In this document: piece by piece, positions 20,079 through 29,938 of the stretch
Layout of the letters: each line of letters opens with the position of its first letter
Numbering within the stretch: the stretch's first letter is position 1
Assembly (NCBI GenBank): GCA_964291655.2
Contig: OZ219802.1
Coordinates: 1,088,001-1,152,000, forward strand
Reading direction: 5' to 3'
DNA length: 64,000 nucleotides
Source of the DNA: Chloroflexota bacterium
GTDB taxonomy: Bacteria > Chloroflexota > UBA11872 > VXOZ01
Notes under the pieces: model-generated
Told to the model about the DNA's origin: nothing
What the model saw: only the letters and a program-made list of their open reading frames with translations
Database searches by the model: none
Program-made: the position numbers and the translations under genes

Positions 20079-20846
20079 TTACTCCAGGTGCTTGCGGTAG
20101 TGTTCCAGCGCCGCCAGGATGCCGTTCTCCGTCACATCCGGCGCGATCCAGTGAGCAATGGCTTTGAAGTCAGGATGGGCGTTGCCCATGGCGATGCGCA
20201 GCCCGCACTCTTGGAGGAATTCCACGTCGTTGGGCCCATCGCCAATGCCGATGATCTGCGCGGGCCGGATGCCGACTAGGCGGGCATAGCGGTGGACGGC
20301 GGTAGCCTTGGTGCCGAGTCTGTGGGTAATGTCCACGCCCCACGTCCTGCCGGGTTCATAGGGAAAACGCGTGACGTGCACAGGCCGCTCCGGCGGAAAA
20401 AGCTCTTCAAAACGCGGCAGGTCCGCCGTGGGCACCGGGAGCACCGTGATGCGCGTAATGCGCCAGTGGTGAATGTCCGCCACGGTCTCAACCACTGTCG
20501 TGTCGTCCACGGCGGAGAAGGAATAGGGGCTCCGTGCTACGGCGTCCAGCACGGTGCGCGCATCTTCAGGTTCCAGGTAGACGCAGTCGAGGGTCTCCAT
20601 GGTATCGGCGCGGAAGATGCGCGCGCCGCCGTCGGCAACCTGCAGACCCTTGATATCGAAACGCGCTGCCATGGCGGCAACGTAGTGGAGGTCCCGGCTG
20701 GAAATCAGGCCCACGTGACACCGCCGCGCCGCGGCCGATATCCCTGCGATCACCGGAGGAGCGGGCAGGACACCGTAAGGCGCGAGGGTGCCGTCGATAT
20801 CAGAAAGCACGGCAGCATACCGCGGCGTGGATGACATTACTGCCAC
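20079..20846 (-). CDS. Cof-type HAD-IIB hydrolase
   Basis: SDIDGTL, K, GIGDGPNDVEF, AMGNA. Confidence 0.9.
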   Translation of the reverse strand: MAVMSSTPRYAAVLSDIDGTLAPYGVLPAPPVIAGISAAARRCHVGLISSRDLHYVAAMAARFDIKGLQVADGGARIFRADTMETLDCVYLEPEDARTVLDAVARSPYSFSAVDDTTVVETVADIHHWRITRITVLPVPTADLPRFEELFPPERPVHVTRFPYEPGRTWGVDITHRLGTKATAVHRYARLVGIRPAQIIGIGDGPNDVEFLQECGLRIAMGNAHPDFKAIAHWIAPDVTENGILAALEHYRKHLE

Positions 20847-20858
20847 TTGCAGGGCGGC

Positions 20859-22226
20859 CTACAGGCCGGCGACCTGGTGGGCCGCCCGCGCCAGGGCGTC
20901 AACGAAACGATCAACCTCAACCTGTCCCATCGGCGTAGAGAGCGCCCCGAGACCCTCCTTGGAGACGATAACACCGGCGTCCATGAGTCCGCGATGCAGT
21001 CCGCGCATACGGGCTTCCGGCGCCGGCCCCTTGGGGATGCTGCGGTAGTTGACGATAGGCGCGTCCGTCGGCACGACGATGATGAGCGATCCGGCGCCGC
21101 TGACCTGCCCCGGCACGCCCGCCTCAGCGAAGACCGCATTGGCGCGGGTGCGCAAGTCATCGCCCAATTCTTCCAGGCGTGTGTACGCATCCGGCGTGAG
21201 TTGGGAGAGAGCGGCATAACCGGCGATCGCGGAGAGCGGGTTGCCGCTGTACGTACCGCCGGAGGCGAGCACGGGCGGCCCTGCCGTGGGATCAAGCAGC
21301 GACATAATCTCGGCGCTGCCGCCCACGGCGCCAATCGGCAGGCCGCCGCCGATGATCTTACCAAAGACCGTCAGATCGGGGTCGCCGCCAAAGCGGGCCG
21401 CGCCGCCAGCGTAGCTCACTCGAAAGCTGATCACCTCGTCGGAGATGAGCACAATGCCGTAGTCGCGGGTGATCTCACGCAAGAACGTGAGAAAGTCATC
21501 CTGCGGCAGCGGAAAGCCCGCCCGATTGCAGAGTGGATCATAGAGCAGCCCCGCGATTTCGGACCCATGTTGCTCCAGCAGACGTATCACGGATTCCCTG
21601 TCGTTGTAAGGCAGCGTCAGCACGTCGGACTCAACCGAGCCCGCCAGTCCGCCGCTGCTGGCCACGCTGTGGGGCGCGTCCGCGGGTCCCCATGAGTCCG
21701 GCTGAGAAGAGTAACTCACCTGTACGTAGTCGTAATAACCGTGGTAGAAGCCCTCGAACTTGGCAATGCGGCTGCGTCCCGTAAACGCCCGCGCCAGTTT
21801 GACCGCGAGCATTACGCCTTCAGTGCCGGAATTGGCGAAGCGGATCTTTTCCAGGGACGGCACCCGTTCCACGAGCAGACGGGCAAGCTCCAACTCCGGC
21901 TCGGCCGGTTCGGAGAAGGCTGTACCGCGCTGCAATTGGTGAAAGATTGCCAGGTTTATCACCGGATTGGCGTGGCCGTGTATCAGCGCGGTCATGTTGT
22001 TGAGGTAATCAACGCGCTCCACACCCTCCACGTCGGTCAGGTAGCAACCGCTCCCGCTTTGCGCATAGATGGGATACGGATGATAGTAGTAGTGCAGCCG
22101 CGACGTGCCCCCCGGCATATAGCGGGACGACTCCTCAAATAGCTCGGCTGTCGCAGTGGTTGGGGGCAAACCTGCCTCCGGTTCTAGCGCAACTCCCCCC
22201 TTGCTGTGCCGCTGGCCCATAACCAC
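20859..22226 (-). CDS. class III aminotransferase (GSA aminomutase-like)
   Basis: NSGTEG, KFEGFYHG, SDEVISFR, FGKIIGGGLP, GTYSGNP. Confidence 0.92.
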   Translation of the reverse strand: MVMGQRHSKGGVALEPEAGLPPTTATAELFEESSRYMPGGTSRLHYYYHPYPIYAQSGSGCYLTDVEGVERVDYLNNMTALIHGHANPVINLAIFHQLQRGTAFSEPAEPELELARLLVERVPSLEKIRFANSGTEGVMLAVKLARAFTGRSRIAKFEGFYHGYYDYVQVSYSSQPDSWGPADAPHSVASSGGLAGSVESDVLTLPYNDRESVIRLLEQHGSEIAGLLYDPLCNRAGFPLPQDDFLTFLREITRDYGIVLISDEVISFRVSYAGGAARFGGDPDLTVFGKIIGGGLPIGAVGGSAEIMSLLDPTAGPPVLASGGTYSGNPLSAIAGYAALSQLTPDAYTRLEELGDDLRTRANAVFAEAGVPGQVSGAGSLIIVVPTDAPIVNYRSIPKGPAPEARMRGLHRGLMDAGVIVSKEGLGALSTPMGQVEVDRFVDALARAAHQVAGL

Positions 22227-22402
22227 CTCCTCATGCGTACAAGTCCTCTAGGCGATAGTATACCCAAAGTCGCGCGGTCGCAGCGAAACAGTGCACCATG
22301 CGCGGAGAGCGCCAATGATTGCGTGCGGTCTCGATTCATCCTTCCTATATGCTAGAATTCTCCTACTGAACTCTTCGGTTTGGCTAAGGTTCTAAGGTAC
22401 GC

Positions 22403-23914
22403 ATGCGCACGCCACACATACCTCGTTACGCGGACACGGTCGTCATCGGCGGCGGCACGGCGGGAGCCGCCGTGGCGGGACTGCTTGCCGAACGCGGCGA
22501 CCGGTCGGTGCTCCTCTTGGAAGCCGGTCCGGACTACGGTCACCAGAAAGAAGGCCGCTGGCCCAGTGACTTGCTGGACGGTCGCGTGCTTGCCAGCAGC
22601 CACGACTGGTCCTTCACCAGTGCGGCAACTCACGGCCAACCAAACCACGAACTCCAGCGTGCCAAGGTGATCGGGGGCTGCTCAGCCCACAACGGCTGCA
22701 TCGCCATCTGGGGCAGCCGCGCCGACTACGACGGCTGGGCCGCCGCGGGCAACGACGGTTGGTCGACAGCAGAGGTCATCCCCTACTTCGAGCAAGCGAT
22801 GGCAAGGCTGTGCGTGCGCGAGTTTGCCCCGGAGGAAGTTACTCCCTTTCACGGCGCGTGCCTCGACGCGATGGTCGGGAGCGGCATTCCCCGGTCGCTC
22901 GATCTAAACGATTTGAATGAGGACACCGGCGCGGCGATCGCGCCGATCAACATCAAGAACGGAGTCCGCTGGAGCACGGCGCTCGCCTATCTCGATCCGG
23001 TGCGGGACCTGGGCAACTTGACCATAGTTGGCGACGCGCTCGTCGACAAGATTGGAGTTCGCAGTTCGCATGCAGTTTCGGTCGAGGTAGTTCACGCAGG
23101 CCAAGAGTCAACGGTTGAGGCCGGACGCATAATCCTGTGTGGGGGTGCCTACGGCTCGCCCGCCGTTCTGCTCCGTTCCGGCATCGGCCCGGGCGATGAG
23201 CTGACTGCGTTGGGGGTCCCAGTCCGTTTGGACTTGCCCGGTGTCGGCCGCAACCTGCACGATCACCCGGGCGCAATCATGCTGCACCACGGCACAGATC
23301 AATTCAATTCCCTCTCGGCGGACTTTATTGCCGCCGGCAAGACTGTCTTCACGGAACAGAGCCTCGCCAAAGCGCGGAGCAGCGACTGCGGCGAGGCATT
23401 CGACCTGCACATTGCGCCCCTGACTCCGCCCTCTCCCGACAAAGACGGACGTTGGGAATGCGCTATGTACACCGCCCACATGGCGCCGCAGTCCCGAGGC
23501 CGTCTGACGCTCCGCGACCGCAGCCCTGAGAGCAGTCCGGTGATCGATACCGGTTACTTCACGGATCCCGGAGACCGCGATCTCGCCGCACTGCTGGACG
23601 GTGTCGCGCTGACCCGAGAAATCGCCCGCCAGCCATCGTTTGCCGAGTTGATAGGTGAAGAACTGGAAGAAACAGCGAGTATGGTCACCGCTGAGGATGT
23701 GCGCCGCAACGGCCTGCACTACTACCATCCGGTCGGCACGTGCAAAATGGGCCCGGCTTCAGAACCTGAAGCCGTTGTGGATGCAATGGGCAAGGTCCAC
23801 GGCATAGAGGGTCTCCACGTCGTGGACGCCTCGATCATGCCTACCGTCCCTCGAGGGAACACCAACTTGCCCACGCTCATGGTTGCCGAGCGGATCGTGG
23901 CTGCGCTCGACTAG
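22403..23914 (+). CDS. GMC family flavin oxidoreductase
   Basis: GGGTAG, LLEAG, GGCSAHN, GRNLHDHP, YHPVGTCKMG, GNTNLP. Confidence 0.95.
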   Translation: MRTPHIPRYADTVVIGGGTAGAAVAGLLAERGDRSVLLLEAGPDYGHQKEGRWPSDLLDGRVLASSHDWSFTSAATHGQPNHELQRAKVIGGCSAHNGCIAIWGSRADYDGWAAAGNDGWSTAEVIPYFEQAMARLCVREFAPEEVTPFHGACLDAMVGSGIPRSLDLNDLNEDTGAAIAPINIKNGVRWSTALAYLDPVRDLGNLTIVGDALVDKIGVRSSHAVSVEVVHAGQESTVEAGRIILCGGAYGSPAVLLRSGIGPGDELTALGVPVRLDLPGVGRNLHDHPGAIMLHHGTDQFNSLSADFIAAGKTVFTEQSLAKARSSDCGEAFDLHIAPLTPPSPDKDGRWECAMYTAHMAPQSRGRLTLRDRSPESSPVIDTGYFTDPGDRDLAALLDGVALTREIARQPSFAELIGEELEETASMVTAEDVRRNGLHYYHPVGTCKMGPASEPEAVVDAMGKVHGIEGLHVVDASIMPTVPRGNTNLPTLMVAERIVAALD

Positions 23915-24266
23915 AGCCGACTGGGCCGGACTTGGTGCAGCTTGGCAACTTCGACCGTACGCCAGCCAGAACCTTCGCACTGAGATTCAACTCAATATCC
24001 CAGCCGTATGCCGACCCGCATTCACTGCTATGGGGCGACCTGTCAAGCAGTACAAGCAGAGCACCTTCGTCCGACCGCTATGGCTCCCTTGACCCACCTT
24101 CGGCAGCTAAGATTACCCATCCACACTCCCAACGAATCGTCCTTTTTCGAACTTAAGATTTTCTTACAAAAACCACTGGCTTTTCCCTGAAAGTGGTGTA
24201 TTGTGAAATTAGAACCTAGGGGGACACGACGGAGCTTTTGGGCAGCCGAAACATCCTTGAAACGCA

Positions 24267-25097
24267 GTGAGAATGCCGATGTACGCCTCCCTTCAGACCG
24301 CCGATGAAACAACGCTGCCCGGGCCATTGATGGCCGGTCTCGGTGACGTCCGCATTCTGCATCCCCCAGGGACCTTTGCCTTGTCACCGGCAAGCCTGAT
24401 TTCGGTCCAAGCGATAGTGGGAAACCAGGACCTGCTCAAGGGCATCGGGCTGGATTGGGGCACCGGTTCCGGGTGTCTGGCGATCACCGCAGCCAGAATT
24501 GCCGATGTCTTTCACGTGGCCGGTCTGGACATCTCCGAGACGAGCGTGGCAACCGCCTACAAGAACGCCTCGTACAACGCCGTCAGCGACAAGACGTCGT
24601 TCTTTGTCGCCAACTCATACTCGCCAGTGGACTGGCGCGTGCGCCGGGCGCTCGATTCCCTGGAGAGGCGCGTGGACTTCGTGCTTGCAAATCCCCCTGC
24701 CAGCGAAGATGACGACGGCTTCGGCTTCCGACGAGAAGTGCTCAAGGGGGCCCGGAAGTACATGGCAGCGGGCGGCGTTGTTTTACTCGGCGGGTCGTCG
24801 CGATATGGCCAGAGGGCGAGGCGGCTGTGTGACGAGGTACCCGAATTCAGCTACGGCGGGGTTATCTCTAGCACCGGCTGGGTCCCGTTTGATCTTGCCC
24901 GGCCGGACTACCTGCGGTATCTGAAGCAGTACGCAGCAGAGGAGGAACGCGGCGGTCTGGACTACCGCTTCCAATGCAACCGTGTTCACGCCGGAGAGCC
25001 GATCAATGCGCGACGCGCACTGGCGCTCTTTGATGCGACCGGCCTGATGCCGTTTATGGACTGGCAGATGCACCTGTTCAGATACAACCGGAATTAA
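24267..25097 (+). CDS. SAM-dependent methyltransferase (HemK/MTS-like)
   Basis: LDWGTGSGCLAI, GLDIS, VLANPP. Confidence 0.85.
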   Translation: MRMPMYASLQTADETTLPGPLMAGLGDVRILHPPGTFALSPASLISVQAIVGNQDLLKGIGLDWGTGSGCLAITAARIADVFHVAGLDISETSVATAYKNASYNAVSDKTSFFVANSYSPVDWRVRRALDSLERRVDFVLANPPASEDDDGFGFRREVLKGARKYMAAGGVVLLGGSSRYGQRARRLCDEVPEFSYGGVISSTGWVPFDLARPDYLRYLKQYAAEEERGGLDYRFQCNRVHAGEPINARRALALFDATGLMPFMDWQMHLFRYNRN

Positions 25098-25639
25098 GTT
25101 TGGATCCGACTGTCATACGGGCCCATCGCCCAGCGTTCATCTCATTTTTGCCCTGAACGCCGCATTGGCTTGGTAGTGCACGCCTCTCTTCGGGGCGAAT
25201 CGTCAAGAAACTGGGCTTACCTCCCACATGTGCCCTTCACCGGCGCTCTCTGCCGCGATAGAGTGGTGCGTTAGACCACCATGCCTCAAATCTCCACGGG
25301 GATGGAAGGCGTGAGTAGGCTGTGCCGATCGCCTGAAATGCAGCATCCTGCCGCGGCGGGCGGCGACCTACGACCCGCTTACATCTGCACAGCGCGACCG
25401 CTGTCGTGCAAGAGCCTCCGCCGATCAGGTGCTTGACCCTCTCGGTCCTGCCAGGCAAAGTCGTTTGACAAGCGGCAGGTCATGGGTTAGATTTGCCTCG
25501 ACTTTCAGGAGATTGACGGGCCCTCTTGGGAAAGCGTGCCGCAACGCATCTTTACAGAGGAACCCGGCCAACGAAACACGGGCAAGATGTGCGGCAGCCA
25601 CACTGGCAAAGTACGCGCACTAGCTCAAAGGAGAAAGCT

Positions 25640-26848
25640 GTGAAGGTAGACCGCGGCCAATTCATGGACCAAGGATATCTGATCTTTCGCAATCTCATCC
25701 CGCCGGACAAGCTCGAAACCATGCGCGCGAGCTGCGAGACAATTCTGGAGCGGCAGAAGGTGAACTGGGCGCGGGAGCGCGGGCCGGACGACCCGCCCGG
25801 CGGTGAATACGATAAGGCCCGTCAGCCCCGCGTCATGATGATGCGACCGGGTCTCATCGATGCCGAGACCGCCAACGTCGTGGAGGATTTCTGGGTCGCC
25901 GATGAGACCTTGGAAGTCGCCAGTCAACTCCTTTGCGAACCTGAGCCTTGCATTACCGAAATGATGATGATGTGCAATCCCATCCGCGATTGGCCGGGTG
26001 GCACGGGCTGGCATCGGGACATACATCCTGTTGACATGGCTCCGCTGGATGCACTGACAGCAGACGTTATGGAAAGCGGCCCAAGATATACTCAGTGGAA
26101 CGTGCCACTCTATGACGACAGCGTGCTGTGGGTGATACCGGGCAGCCATCGACGACGCAATACCCCACAGGAAAACGCCGAGTTGCTCAAAGACCGCGCC
26201 GGGCCCGTCACCGGCGGCATGCCGGTGGAGTTGAACGCCGGTGACGGCGTGGTCTACATCAACTATCTCAATCACACCGGCAGCAACTACACCACCGAGA
26301 AGCGGCGCACACTCCATGGCGGCCATGCCATCTACGGTACCTACGCGGAACTCGGCTTCTTAGCAAACTTAGCGCCTTGGGCGGCTGAGCGGTTCACATC
26401 CTTCGCCGCGCGCGGCGAGCGCATGAAGGACGCCACGGAAGCGGCACTCCGCGCCGTAATCGCCAGGGATGAAGTCGGCTACCGTGCGGCCTTGGCAACC
26501 CTGCAACCGGGCGCCGGCCCCCACGGCAGAACGGCGCTTACGATCTATCTGTCTAAAGTCGCGATGCAAATACACATTCTCAAAGACACCGCGTACGGCC
26601 CGCTAGACGATCTCCATCGGTGGGTCGAGAGCGAGCACCCCATTACTCTGAATTGGGGGCCCGAATTCGCCGCTAGATTTTCCGCCGAGGAAGGGGCAAC
26701 TCTGTGGACCCGGTTCCAGCGTATGGACGCCGCGCTCCAGAGCGACGTGGATGTGTTCGAACCGGCCTTTCAGGCTCGGCCCATGCGTTACTACTTCAAC
26801 GAACTGCCGGCTGGCGTCGACGCAGAGTCGTTCATCGCGGGTTGGTAG
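25640..26848 (+). CDS. phytanoyl-CoA dioxygenase (PhyH) family protein
   Basis: QGYLIFRN, WHRD, LWVIPGSH, ELNAGD, distal H in NHTG; GTG after AAGGAG. Confidence 0.88.
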   Translation: MKVDRGQFMDQGYLIFRNLIPPDKLETMRASCETILERQKVNWARERGPDDPPGGEYDKARQPRVMMMRPGLIDAETANVVEDFWVADETLEVASQLLCEPEPCITEMMMMCNPIRDWPGGTGWHRDIHPVDMAPLDALTADVMESGPRYTQWNVPLYDDSVLWVIPGSHRRRNTPQENAELLKDRAGPVTGGMPVELNAGDGVVYINYLNHTGSNYTTEKRRTLHGGHAIYGTYAELGFLANLAPWAAERFTSFAARGERMKDATEAALRAVIARDEVGYRAALATLQPGAGPHGRTALTIYLSKVAMQIHILKDTAYGPLDDLHRWVESEHPITLNWGPEFAARFSAEEGATLWTRFQRMDAALQSDVDVFEPAFQARPMRYYFNELPAGVDAESFIAGW

Positions 26849-26989
26849 GGCCAGGTCGGAACCATTTAGACAGCCCGAAAGGGGTGTGAGGGCGCATTGC
26901 CGGCAAGGGACACCTCGTTTAGGCTGCGGCGGCATCTGACGGCTGGTTTGAAAAATCGTCGCGCGCGGCCGCACGTGCAAGACAACCTC

Positions 26990-27535
26990 CCTTAAGGAGA
27001 CCCTAGCGTACTAGACCCCGAGGTAAAGGCGTTACTCCCTCTCCTTGGGAGAACTTTGCATAACCCCACTTTTAAGCAGGGGCACTCCCTCTCCTTGGGG
27101 AGAAGATTGGGGTGAGGGGGTCTCTTGTTACAATGGCCCTTTACGCTGTGCAGTGTCAAGACGTATCAGGGCAGATTCGGTGTGAATATGGAGAGACTTC
27201 AGGGAATTCACCCTCACCCCCGTATCACGTACGGGGCAGGCTCTAGCCCTCTCCCGTCGAGGGAGAGGGAATGTTTTCGCTTCCGCTTGGGTTTCGCAAA
27301 GGTCTCCTTGGGGAGGGGGTCGGGGTGAGGGGATTTCTTATCCTTCTATTCGCGCAACGTGTACAGTCAATATATGCTAGAACCGGGTAGATTCAGAGCT
27401 AACTGGCGTTCGTAGCACCTTCACCCTCACCTCCGTTTCACGTATTGGGCAGGCTCTCGCCCTCTCCCTCTACGAGAGAGAGAACTCTCTCGCTTCCGCT
27501 AGGGTTATGCCATGGTCTCTGTCAAGGGAGTGGGG
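26990..27535. repeat. nested hairpin repeat / MITE mosaic
   Basis: several CCCTCTCC/GGAGAGGG hairpins plus GAGACC/GGTCTC-ended segments. Confidence 0.8.
27049..27306. mobile_element. MITE with GAGA(C/A)CTTTGCA ends (IS5/IS1106-like)
   Basis: GAGAACTTTGCATAACCC...GGGTTTCGCAAAGGTCTC flanked by CTTGG direct repeats in a hairpin. Confidence 0.7.
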
Positions 27536-27823
27536 ACTTCCTCGCAGCGGCGAGACTTGTGCAATGGTTTCCTTTAGGGAACGGCATTGTTCTACTTGCC
27601 CTTGCAAAGCGGCACCATGCACGCCGTTTACGAGCGGGCGTAGTGGAAAGTCCTTTTCCTGCGTGCCTCACCTATGTGCCGCTCTTGCGGCATTCTGGGA
27701 GAATCCCGTTGCAACAGTCAGCCTACAAACAAAATTGCGTGGTGGCTCGGTATAATTGAGGTAGATGGTTTCACAAAGAAGCAATCACCAATGAATGTCG
27801 GCATCTCAAAGAGGAGGCCTCTA

Positions 27824-29467
27824 GTGATTAGCCGGATACATCGTAGTATTACGGTTCTCTTAGCGACGGCGGCGCTCGCGGTCGCTGTCTCGTGCAGTGT
27901 GCAAGTGGTTCAGCCCCCACCCGACCCCGCGGAAGATCCTGCGGCATACACCCAGTACTCTGTGGAACAGGCGATAGCCTACTACGAGGCACACGGACTT
28001 GAGGCGACCGTTGCCCACTACAATACGCCCGAGAGCATCGACGGAGACTGGTACGTCTTCATCTTTGATGAGAGTGATGTCATGCTTGCCCATGCCGCCG
28101 TGCCGGCGAACGTGGGACTGCACGCCGATCTTGTGCTGGGGCGAGGCGGCTATCCGGCGGGAGCACAGGTAGCGGCAGCGGCCACTGAGGAAGGCGCGTG
28201 GACAGACTACACGTACATTAACCCCAATGCGAACGCGTTCCAGTCGAAGCATTCCTGGGTGGTACGGCACGACGGTCTGATCTTTGGTTCCGGTTGGTAT
28301 GAAGACGGGGCGACTAAGGCGGATCCGGCCGGGTACACGCAGGCTTTCGTAGAGCAAGCAATCAGGCTGTATGACGCGATTGGACTTGAAGACACCGTAG
28401 CGTACTACAACACATCCGAGAGCATCGATGGAGCGTGGTACGTCTTCATCGCTGACGAGAATGACATCATGATTGCGCATGCCGCCGTGCCGGCGAACGT
28501 TGGGCTCCCCCCTGAGCAAATCCTTGGGCCTGGTGGCTATCCAGCGGGAGCGCAGGTCGCAGCGGCAGCAACAATAGAGGGCGCGTGGACGGACTATACG
28601 TACATCAATCCTTCCACCGGGGCGTTCCAGTCAAAACATACGTGGGTGGTGCGGTACGACGGGTTGGTCTTTGGCTCCGGTTGGTACGAAGACGGGGCAT
28701 CCAAGTCTGATCCCGCGGCGTTCACCCAAGCGTTTGTAGCGCAGTCGATTCGGCTCTATGACGCCATTGGACGAGAGGCCACATTCGACTACTACAATAC
28801 GCTGGAGAGCGTCGACGACGATTGGTACGTTTTCATCATCGATGAGAATGAGAACACGGTTGTCCAGCCCACGCGGCCTGAAATCCGCGGCACTTCGCCC
28901 ACGACCCGGGTTGACGTCCGTGGCAAAGCCTACGGTGAGGAACTCGTCCAAGCCACTGCTGAAGGCATCTGGGTGGACTACTACTTCCTGAATCCGGCCA
29001 CCGGCTATGAGGAGCAGAAGCATGCCTGGGTGGTGAAGCACGACGGCTTGATCTTCGGTTCCGGCTGGTACGAACGCGCCGCAGCGGAAGACGATGCGAC
29101 GTATACGCAGTCCTTCGTGCACCGCGCGATCCAGCGCTACGATGCTCAGGGTCGTGAAGCCTCCCTTGAGTTCTTCAGCTCAGAGCAAAGCGTGCAGGGC
29201 CAGTGGTACGTCTTCGTCCTCGATGAGAACCAGGTGACTATTGCTCATCCCAATCCGGAGCACATCGGCCGCACGCGGGAGCAGCGCATCGATAGGCGCG
29301 ACTACGACTACGGTGCAGAGTTCTTGACGGCCACCGAGGAAGGCAAGTGGGTTGATTACGTATTTCTCGACTTGGAAACCAACCAGGAGAGGCTGAAGCA
29401 TACTTGGTTGATCAAGCACGATGGGCTGTACTTTGGTTCCGGCTGGTATGAGGATTTAGAGGAGTAG
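27824..29467 (+). CDS. lipoprotein of four tandem single-Cache domains
   Basis: GAGGAGG RBS, AVSC lipobox, four ~129-aa repeats with WYVF...W.DY...KH.W...DGL.FGSGWYE. Confidence 0.88.
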   Translation: MISRIHRSITVLLATAALAVAVSCSVQVVQPPPDPAEDPAAYTQYSVEQAIAYYEAHGLEATVAHYNTPESIDGDWYVFIFDESDVMLAHAAVPANVGLHADLVLGRGGYPAGAQVAAAATEEGAWTDYTYINPNANAFQSKHSWVVRHDGLIFGSGWYEDGATKADPAGYTQAFVEQAIRLYDAIGLEDTVAYYNTSESIDGAWYVFIADENDIMIAHAAVPANVGLPPEQILGPGGYPAGAQVAAAATIEGAWTDYTYINPSTGAFQSKHTWVVRYDGLVFGSGWYEDGASKSDPAAFTQAFVAQSIRLYDAIGREATFDYYNTLESVDDDWYVFIIDENENTVVQPTRPEIRGTSPTTRVDVRGKAYGEELVQATAEGIWVDYYFLNPATGYEEQKHAWVVKHDGLIFGSGWYERAAAEDDATYTQSFVHRAIQRYDAQGREASLEFFSSEQSVQGQWYVFVLDENQVTIAHPNPEHIGRTREQRIDRRDYDYGAEFLTATEEGKWVDYVFLDLETNQERLKHTWLIKHDGLYFGSGWYEDLEE

Positions 29468-29507
29468 CGCCAAAGTCGGTTTGGGGCATTCGCCGGAAAG
29501 AACCTAA

Positions 29508-29607
29508 AAGCCTGTTTACGTTCGCCAATTCATTTCAGTCCCATTCACCCTTCGACAAGCTCAGGGCGAGCGTTGCGCGACCAGACAAGAAGCTTGAAAA
29601 CAGGCTG
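29508..29607. mobile_element. 100-bp MITE-like element
   Basis: AAGCCTGTTT...AAACAGGCTG inverted ends, TAA direct repeats, internal CCCTTCGACAAGCTCAGGGCGAGCG repeat. Confidence 0.5.
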
Positions 29608-29625
29608 TAAGGATATGCACATAGC

Positions 29626-29656
29626 ACGCGGCAGGCGTTTGCAGCGCCTGCCGCGT
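29626..29656. terminator. GC-rich hairpin, likely terminator
   Basis: ACGCGGCAGGCG-TTTGCAG-CGCCTGCCGCGT followed by ATTGCTTT. Confidence 0.55.
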
Positions 29657-29938
29657 ATTGCTTTATCGTGCATGAGGGGGCGAGTGAGCGGATTGACACT
29701 AATCCTTGCCACACTCCCGGAGCCGGACAGGTAAGCGGGATGGGCGGCTCCGGCTTGGAGCGCGCCTGCCGGTACTCCCTTTACCCGAAATTCACGCGCC
29801 TGTGCGCGAAGCGTTCGCTATAATGAGCGGTAACTCGCATGCGGACAAACGTCGTGTGGGGCAGCGGAGGCAAAGAATCAACCCGCTGCACACAGTAGTC
29901 ACTGGATGGGCCGATATTGTAGAGAAAGGGGTGCGCTG

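Noticed and set aside
26997-27519. outer MITE formed by GAGACCCTAGCG and CCATGGTCTC ends
   Set aside because: Flanks (TTAAG and TGTCA) give no target duplication, so the pairing is unsupported.
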